Assembly: GCA_951406725.2 (NCBI GenBank)
Contig: OX597820.1
Span: 124,806,001 to 124,870,000 of the forward strand
Length of the DNA stretch: 64,000 nucleotides
Direction of reading: 5' to 3'
Source of the DNA: Octopus vulgaris
Lineage: Eukaryota
The stretch's first letter is position 1; every line of letters starts with the position of its first letter. Both the position numbers and the translations under genes were made by a program. This document shows positions 53,780 to 64,000 of the stretch, in pieces. The notes below the pieces were generated by a model that saw only the letters and a program-made list of their open reading frames with translations, was not told where the DNA came from and did not search any database.

Positions 53780-53858
53780 TTCCTGCTGATGAGAGCTTCG
53801 GCAATTGTAAATTATTTTACTTACAAAATATTGCTTGAAACTATGCATAGTTCGGGAA
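53780..53858 (+). ncRNA. Type I hammerhead ribozyme with complete core
   Basis: UUCCUG-CUGAUGA-GAGC...GCUU-GAAA-CUAUGCAUAG-UU-CGGGAA; all three stems pair; predicted cleavage after 53852. Confidence 0.8.
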
Positions 53859-54666
53859 TTTATAGGGTAAATGCTTGTATTCCGTTTCGAAATTACCCCT
53901 TAAAGTGGTTTGTATTTTAACTACTCTTTCTAGCGAGTTAGATGTCCTGTGCTGGCCCTCTCTTATGTGTTTAAATGTACACTGTTTTATATATATATAT
54001 ATATATATACACAAACGCACACAGATATATATATATATATATATATACACAAACGCACACAAATATATGTAAATATATGTATACACAAACGCACACAAAT
54101 ATATATATATATATATATATGTGTATATATACACAAACGCACAAAAAAGAAATATATATGTATATATATACATATGAAGAGAGAGAGAAAGAGAGAGAGA
54201 GCGAACGTGAGCGGTGAAAGTCTTCCTAATTTCTAATTATTTCTTACCTATTTAGGAAATTAAATATAGATAAAAGCTAAGGAAATATTAATTATCAATA
54301 GATATTGTGAAAATTTGATGCTAGAAAAATGATTACATAACTAAGAAATGATTGATAGTAGAATTTAATACGTACGCACATACACACAGACGCTCACGCA
54401 CATTCGCACATTCAAATTGAGCAGTGTCATTTAGAGTACAATTTGGAAGTGTAGACACACTTGGTTGCCAAATTATTATGACTTTTATAAATAGACGTGA
54501 ACGTCGCAGCTATATGTGTGAAAATGCCGATAATGGGTCCGAATCACTTAATATCGATATTGGTGAACGTCATATTTCTCTTCTACCGACACCACAGTTT
54601 GGCTGTATCAATGAGCAAAAGAAGCGAAAATAAACTTGTCTATAAAATTTTATCATCGGATGAAAG

Positions 54667-54711
<45 letters not shown>

Positions 54712-54713
<2 letters not shown>

Positions 54714-55003
54714 GGGGGTGTGCAAAAAGCTTGATTCCCAACGACATGGTTCCAGGTTCAGTCCCACTGCGCGACACCTTACACAAGTGTTTTCTACTAT
54801 AGCCTGTTTTAATATATATGTATATATATATGTTTTTATGTCTGTGTGTGTGTGTGTGTGTGTCGTCACAGCAAATTAGCAGTTCGGCAAAAGAAACCGA
54901 TAGAATGAGTACCAGGCTTAAAAAGTAATCACCGGTGTCGATTCATTCGACTAAGAAAAATATTCAATCAGGTGCCTCAGTATGGCCGCAGTTTAATGAT
55001 GAA

Positions 55004-55006
<3 letters not shown>
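54712..55006 (+). mobile_element. CORE-like SINE with deletions
   Basis: ggttcagtcccactgcg, ttagcagttcggcaaaagaaaccgatagaat, ggtgcctcagtatggccgcag. Confidence 0.8.
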
Positions 55007-55045
<39 letters not shown>

Positions 55046-55258
55046 AAATCTTTCATCATTAAACTGTGGCTATACTGAGGCACCTGATTGAATATATATA
55101 TATAAATAGATAGAGAGAGAGAGAGAGTTTCCTCTCGTCACCGTATATATCTTGTACGTATATCTATATATATCTATATGAACCTATACCTAAGTGTGTG
55201 TATGGTTATACCTAACTACCTATATGCATACATACACGCACACACACGCACACGCACA

Positions 55259-55342
<84 letters not shown>

Positions 55343-56049
55343 AAAGTAAACACATAGAAGCGATACAAGGTGGAAAAGATGGTACTCAAATACCGAACGT
55401 AGGCTAATATGTTTTATTAAAAAAGCTGCAAAGACGTCACAAAAACAACTACTCAGATTTTCACGTTCCCGTTCGTCGTACATTATTAGTTTAGAATGGG
55501 GCAACATATGGTTGTTTGCATAAATATCTCCTTACTATGACAGATACACATTTGAAAATGGCTTTGTTTCATTGGTCCTTTCAACTAACGGTCTTTTCAA
55601 TAATCGATTATATGAAATTACGTTTACCATTTAAAATCATCTCAATATTACTAAAACACTAGAGATGTTTGTCGGTACCGAAAATATTCCAGAAACAGTA
55701 TATTTTATCTCAATTCCTTTTGCATATACATTTTCATGCTTACATTCTGTAGTAGAAATTTTTGTGATATTTAGACCTCTATTTATTAATGAAAACGATC
55801 ATACACAATTTTCGTTTGTCATTTTTTGACGAAATCATGGCTTCCGTGACGTCAACACACAAAAATACATACATAAAAAGTTCAAACGCATATAATTAAT
55901 GTCATGGCATGTCAATCAATACATATACAGACACATAGTCCTCGCACTCTCTAAGGGAAAAGAACGTCGACTTTTCGACGTACACAATATTTTGATCATT
56001 TAGAAATATTTTTAATTGAATGTGATTTCAAAAATGTAAATAGTTTGTA

Positions 56050-56154
56050 CAGTAAGTATTTTCTTTGTGTTTTTAATTTTTATATTTCTCATTGTGTTCA
56101 ACGTGGTTTTGATGTCCTGTACACATATATGCATGTATATATACATATATATGT

Positions 56155-56203
<49 letters not shown>

Positions 56204-56950
56204 TATATTTATATATTATTTATATTACTATATGATCTAAATCCACGGATCCTTTTCCAGGTATGTTTTAACTTATATATTATCTATATTCTACCTTTAC
56301 TATCACTTTTGATCTCTCTCTCCCTCTATTGTTCTTCATCCTTTCTGGTTTTCTCTCCTACCCTTCCCTATTCTTCTCTTCACCGTTTCACATCTTTAAC
56401 TCCTCCTTCTCCTCGACTCTCTCGTCGCTGACTAATGACGAAAGATAATCTGTCTTTCTGCCCACAACATTCGTAAAGACAAAACGTGCTTACACTGTCT
56501 CCTTCATACGCTCGTTTCCAAGCGTTCATAATAATTTTTCTATCGTCCTGGATTAACAGCACTCATCGATTGTTTTTACCGTTTGTTCTCACTGTCCTGT
56601 TCTTGTTACCACTTTCAACCCCCGCAAAAGAATTCCAAATTTTATTTAGTTTGCTTTGCGGGAAGGACTGTTTCAACGAAGTACCGTCTTGTTCTTGCAT
56701 TCGAAAAACGCAGAGTAGATGAAACAGGCACAAGTGAAGTAGGAGAATATTCTTTATGTTGTATGTCTCGTTTCTCTGTTTGTTTTTTCGTTGTTCGAAA
56801 AAAAGTTAGTTTCTACGTTTTAGTTTTTATATTTTCGTTTCTCATTGTGTTCTACGTTTTTTATGTCCTGTACACATATATGCATGTAGATATACATATA
56901 TATGTAGGTATGTACATATATGTATGTATATATGCATATATTTATATTAA
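56050..56950. mobile_element. Diverged member of the 3239-3995 family with terminal segments in direct orientation
   Basis: ttctcattgtgttc...tgtcctgtacacatatatgcatgta at ~56086 and ~56839; internal 56520-56800 resembles the reverse complement of 3400-3720. Confidence 0.65.
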
Positions 56951-57341
56951 ATTAGATATATATATATATTCAGAGAGAGAGAGAGAGGAATGAGAAAAAT
57001 GACGCAGGGTAGTGACTAGCAGTGCTTTTGCTAATGATAAGAGATAAACTAACTCAAAACCACAGACACACGGTGTACATAACCGATAGTTATTTCGGAT
57101 TATGATGAAGACATTATTAATCATCGTGATATGCTCAACGTAGGAGCCATGTGAATTACGACGGACACCCAGGGGATTTTTTTATCAAGGACGACAAAGC
57201 AGTGATTGCATTTTAGTACTGGATGCTTTAACGCTAATACGACTTCGGCAAACAATTATCAAGAATTTTAAAGTGACATGTAATATATATCTATCTACCT
57301 ATCTATCAATCTGCCTCTCTATCTATCTATCTATCTATCTA

Positions 57342-57374
<33 letters not shown>

Positions 57375-58047
57375 ATATCTATCTATCGATCTATACACAC
57401 ACACACATATAGACCGATATACATGCACGTATGTATATATATATGAAGATATATATATGTGTGTGTATGTGTATGTGTGTATGAAGATACTTACGAATAC
57501 ATGTTACATAATTGTAAGTGTTATAAATATATCTGTAAAGTAATTTCGATGTATTCCTTAAGTTGTAGATAGTTTTATGCATATTATGCAATTAGGTGCA
57601 AAAACACAAAAAAAATTGTAATTAAAATTCTCATAAACAGTTATAATATCAGTATATCGGATCTATGATAGATAAGCCTTTGTATGCAATACGCACAGCC
57701 TGCCATATTTAGAATGGATGGCTAAATACGCTCTGGAGCAATATGACTGCTCCATGTAGATATTTACGTTTCAAGATAATTGCTATTATATTTGCTTATG
57801 TAATATTTAAGTACTGACGTCTTATAATGGTTGCATCTAATTGAATAATATGATTAATGAGGTCGACAGTTCAAAGACGTCGGCGAAACAGATGCGAAAG
57901 CTTGTTTATGTGATGCAACATTATGTAACACATTATACGAATATATTAAATATATTCCAAGCACCTATTATTGTTCACCTCTCCTTTGTCAGGCACACAC
58001 ATATACAAGCTCGCACACACGCACACTCATACAAATACACACATATA

Positions 58048-58145
<98 letters not shown>

Positions 58146-59083
58146 TAGATATACATATAGATATGCACATGTGTGCGTGTTTGCAATGTATATACACAAG
58201 TATACGTGCATGTATGTTTACGATGAATATGTACATGTAAGCACACATATCTCAGAGAGAAAAAAAACTGGCCATTCAATGAAAATGCGTTGTGATATTT
58301 AATTGACATACATACGTTGCACATACATACATTCACGTCACACCCCTTCAGAAATGCAATGAAATTGGGATTTTACCTTTTCACACAAAATCAACGGCGC
58401 TATTGTTCGCAAATGTGCAATATAAAAGTATAATACGAATATATAAGTATATGTTGGTTAATTCTCAAGTGGGCCTTTTAAAATAATTCCTAATGAACTC
58501 TGAATATAAAGTAACAATGCAAAACTTGAGATATTCCCGTTAATATTTCAAAACGAGATATAACGTTACAGAGAAACTGGAAGAGTGGGGAGAAATAGAG
58601 CAAATTGTAGAATGAATGCACATTCTTCCTTCGATTTATATCAAGAATTATTCATACAGTAATAGATTTTGCCTAAAAATCAATATATTTGTTCGATCTG
58701 ACTTTATTTCATTCAGACATCTCTCCTAGTGGGTCATTATAGACTCATCACACGCCGTACTAAAAATATATTCACATATATAGCTGATCAATGTTACGCA
58801 CACAGAGAAGAGTGGGGGGATGAGATGAGGAGTGAGTGAGCTAGAGTGGGGGAGAGAGGGGTAAAGAGGGTGAAAAGAGAGGAGAGTGAGTGAACGAAGA
58901 AGAAAGAGAAAGAGAGAGGTAGAGATAGAGAGGGGTGATATGCGGGGAATAAAAATGTGATTTATATTAAGAGCTTGTGGATGAGATAAAGTTATATGTA
59001 AATCACTCTCTAAAGAGGAATCAAAGAGGGAGGGAGATAGAGAGAGAAAGAAAGGTTTACCATGAGTAAGTCTTACATAAATG

Positions 59084-59705
<622 letters not shown>

Positions 59706-60398
59706 CCAATATTTGATTTCGTAATAGTAGTATAACTACGTAAAAATGCAATAGGTATTGGAAGTTGATTGATTGGCAAAGAATCTTTAAACTTGATATT
59801 TTGCCTTCCACTTAAAATAAGTCCAATCTAACGTCACCGGTTCCCATTTTTCCTAGTTCTTTTGCTTGTTCATAATGTCATGGTAATAGTTCTTAGTAGA
59901 TTTCGGATGCATATTGTCTACTCATCTTATGTAAATTCCGAGATTTATTATTTCAGTTTCACTGTTAGTTGAAAGCAATTAATTGATGAAGAATTACCAG
60001 AAGTGGAATGCTGATGGTACTAACTAACCTATCACTAATCGGGGTCGTTACAATTCAACTGGTCTGTAAAAAATAAATGCTTAGCCACATGTCTATACCG
60101 TATGCCTATATACACGAGACTATGAACCGTTCCTCGGTTTGGGTAAAATAAAATACGCAGTTAACTGTGATTTTTGTCAGCATATTCCCCCTCTAAGATC
60201 TACGCATTTATCGCAGCAGTCATTCATTTTTCTCAGTCCTGTATAAGAACTCGTCATGTTCGACCTTGAACTAGGCCAGTCGCAATATCCTTATAGCCAG
60301 AAACTTTAAAGAAACCTTGACCTGCAGAGTAGCCTGTGGTATACACTCCGGATGGATAATTAATATTTCTGAGGTGTCTCTCTATATTGTCCATTTTT

Positions 60399-60444
<46 letters not shown>

Positions 60445-60550
60445 CACACACACATATATATGTATGCATATATATACATATACATTCATGTATATATGTA
60501 TATATATATACGCATTTATATATTCATGTATATATGTATATATATGCATT

Positions 60551-60593
<43 letters not shown>

Positions 60594-60622
60594 CTGTATG
60601 TATCTATGTGTACATATTTATA

Positions 60623-60683
<61 letters not shown>

Positions 60684-60797
60684 GTATGTATCTATGTGTA
60701 CATATTTATATGTGTGTATATATATATATATATATACATATATGTATATATTTATGTATACATGTGTATCTATATATATATATAACGGCGAAAAGCG

Positions 60798-60836
<39 letters not shown>

Positions 60837-61823
60837 GCACCATACGGGCTTTCTGCAAGTGGAAATTTCTATGTAAAAGAAAAGAAAAAAAAAGAAAACA
60901 TAAATCTTAAAGTTTAGTTGTGTCTGTATCTATTGGGGTTTTGAAGATTGTTTAATAAGTAAATCACAGTAGAAATAGCGTAGAAAGTGCATTAACAATG
61001 TATAAAAAATTCGTAGCATATCGCATCCTAGAAATGTACAAATTCTACAACATATTTTACCCCCTGCAAGGAATGTACAGAAGCAATACTAACTGACATA
61101 TGTGGGGCTTGATTACAGGGAAACACCAAATATGAAAAATCGAAAGCTGTTACATAAGATAATTACAAACTGAAAAGTAGTACACAGAACACAAATGTTG
61201 TTTTTGTTTCATTATTTTTCTTTCAACATTGTTATGGGGTGTTAACTTTTATGTCTGTATTTCATTATAATACAATACTGTATGTGTCACTTTCAATGTT
61301 GTTCCTGTCATTTATTATTTAATTATTTATATTCGTCAAAATACTTAGAAAGATAATGAATTCACGTTCGCAAAGACATAACATAATTGAAATGTATAAC
61401 GCTAATTATAAACTTCTGTTATGAGATATGCCAATAGAGATTTAGTCACCAGACGTTCAGATTTTTATATGATATAATTAAGGAGTTTCCCTATGAAAAG
61501 TATATCGATAAATAAACAAAGATTTTTATATCGATATTACGTTACACACACAAAGTATTGAATTATTTGATTGTTCATTTGTGTGTGTACATATACACAT
61601 ATTAGCATGTGTGAATGTACGTATATACACATATATCTATACAAAAATATAGAAGAGGCATATATACGCGAACCTTATGTATATAACTATAAACGAATGC
61701 AACTGTCGAGAATTTGAGACATGATCAATAATGTCCATTCGTTTTAAATGTATTGTTCAATTGTAATAGAAAATAGGCTTTAAAATGATATATTATCAAA
61801 ACACAGGCACACACAAACGTGTC

Positions 61824-61875
<52 letters not shown>

Positions 61876-61935
61876 CATATGAATATATGCATATATACAT
61901 GTGTATATATAAATATATATATTATGTATACACAC

Positions 61936-61990
<55 letters not shown>

Positions 61991-64000
61991 TGTATATATT
62001 AACCATCATAATTGAATTCTCTGCCATCGATCCATAATGTAAGAATATAAGATCTTTAAAAATAATATTACTTCACGCAAATCGAATATAATTCGAATAT
62101 ATAATACCACAGTATATTGCTAAAAAAAAAAAAAAAAAAACTTTCTTTGCAGGTCACCGTAATAATATGATTGCTATGCTGAATGAAATCGATTGTATAT
62201 AAAATTTCACTATACTAAAATCTCGGTTAAATTACGCAAAATACAGGTAGCTTACTAACGTTTAGTTTTGTTGATAGAAGGGTATTATGTCTGTTAATTC
62301 GTTGGTTTAGAAATGTTCGGTATCTAGATGAAAAGAGAATATATTCGGGTATCGTAGACTAGTACGGAAGGATTTTGTAGTTATTAAGTACACTCTCTCC
62401 GTTTTTGTTTGTACCTTATAATTCTGAGACCATATTAACATTGAACGCAATAACCACACATTTACCGTAGTAAAGGAACGGACATACATAAAACTAAAAA
62501 CACACACAAACTCTCATATACACACACGTGTACACACATATAATTAGTGTGTCTGTGAATTATTGAATGTGATATTAATACACACATTGAACCCCGATGA
62601 AATTTTTTTTTAATACTGGTAACACTACCGGATTATCCCACTCCATATCCAGAAAATAAATCGATTTGACTTTATTCAAATTTTAGCAAACGTTTTAATT
62701 GATCGTACAAAAAAGAGTTGGTGGCAAAGTATGTCTTTCATTATGGGGTTCAGATGCCTTCGATTATACATGATATAGGTGGCGCCAACCTATTTTTAAA
62801 GCTAATACATTGCTTGAATATTTCACTCGAAACGCTTATCTGATTACTTCAATTATTTGCTTATCAACATATGCCAAAATTTCCATTGTCGGAAAGCAGA
62901 TATCAAGAGAGACAGTTTTCGTCCACAGAAAGATCTATATATGTCAACCTTGTAACGTCTGCTTAAGGAGGTAAACATAGGGAGTATCTGCTTCAAGCCA
63001 CCCGGTTTTAAATAAGGTGTGTGAATATATAAAATATATTAATGAGTGCTGAAAAAGCTTAAACATATTAATTAGGCTAACCACTTCAGTGCTAATCAAA
63101 ATTAGTATCCTTTTATATCTGTGCTTTGATTAAGGACGGCTTGTCCGTAACAAATTTCAAAATGCTCCGTCAAATGAAAGTAGTTTTTTTTTAAATTTAA
63201 GGTTTCTTAGCATTAATTACTGTAAGATTGATATAAACTATTAGAAGTGTATGATTCATGAACCTAAATGCTTAGTACGGATTTTCAAGTTATAATCAAT
63301 GAGCAGGTATAATTATATTGATTTTATAATTACATCTATGGAAAAAGCTCGCAAAACGTTATATTTAGACGTGTGTGAGGAAAATCAGAATATGAATCAT
63401 TAAGACAATATTGGAATGTATATATTAAATTATATAATTTCAATGTTTTCGATAACATACCTTTTGCATCCTCACATCAATGGGAGAGTTACTAGTAAAA
63501 ACCGAATTTAAAATTTATACATTCAGTTACTTGAAATATATTGTCATGTAAGTCTAAAGGAAAGTGAATATATGAAAGATTGAATTTTTGCACAATGTAA
63601 AAAATATATATAACTGCCTGAACAACGGTGTTCGTGCATGGAATAGGTATATGTTGAACTCAGCTAAATGCGATGTCGAATATCAGTTGAAGGATAGGGA
63701 GGTATTCCTGTGTTTTGAAAGAATACATTTAGCGCGTTTCCAATTGCTGCTACATATTCTGCAACTACCGCACTTTCAGAGATGCATACTTTTCAATAAA
63801 TCACGCAAACTAATCGATCTTTGTAGCTGGAATATTTTCTCGAGATAATTAAGTAAAATTAAGCTATTAGTAAAATTAAGCTATTAGTTCTGCCGCTTCA
63901 TATCGTATGGACTTGAAAATAATTAAAAACAAATAAAAGTAGATTGAATACTTTTGTTAAAATAATATTATTATTTGAACAAGAATTTAATTATTTTTCA

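Noticed and set aside
57850-57900. TTAATGA-ggtcgac...gtcggc-GAAA hammerhead-like motif
   Set aside because: Two core mismatches and no stem I/III closure
62141-62250. CTTTCTTTGCAG acceptor and CAG|GTAG donor as a coding exon
   Set aside because: Stops in all three frames; short pyrimidine tract

Overview
AT-rich, repeat-saturated eukaryotic (metazoan) non-coding DNA. It carries abundant (TA)n/(CA)n/(TAA)n microsatellites, tRNA-derived SINEs, decayed LINEs (L1/Tx1, R4/Dong, RTE, CR1-type), mariner/Tc1 remnants and several Penelope-like (PLE) GIY-YIG remnants. The repeat repertoire resembles what I recall from octopus genomes; this is an inference, not verified. No intact host gene is supportable, and nearly all ORF-track entries are translated microsatellites. 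Most notable: (1) at least six sequence-unrelated short elements each carry a type I hammerhead ribozyme (HHR) fold, some with a complete core (53780-53858 +, 12220-12265 -, 30921-30981 +), often inside fold-back pseudo-LTR-like structures; (2) an L1/Tx1-like element keeps ORF1 but has ORF2 collapsed to an N-terminus/C-terminus fusion and is bracketed by a perfect 17-bp inverted repeat; (3) a stacked acceptor/AG-GT/donor splice-signal cluster at 11416-11541; (4) a ~99% identical inverted duplication plus a 34-bp direct repeat at 3.2-8.0 kb; (5) two pre-miRNA-like hairpins. Coordinates were counted by hand; element boundaries are approximate and family assignments come from motif recognition, not database searches.
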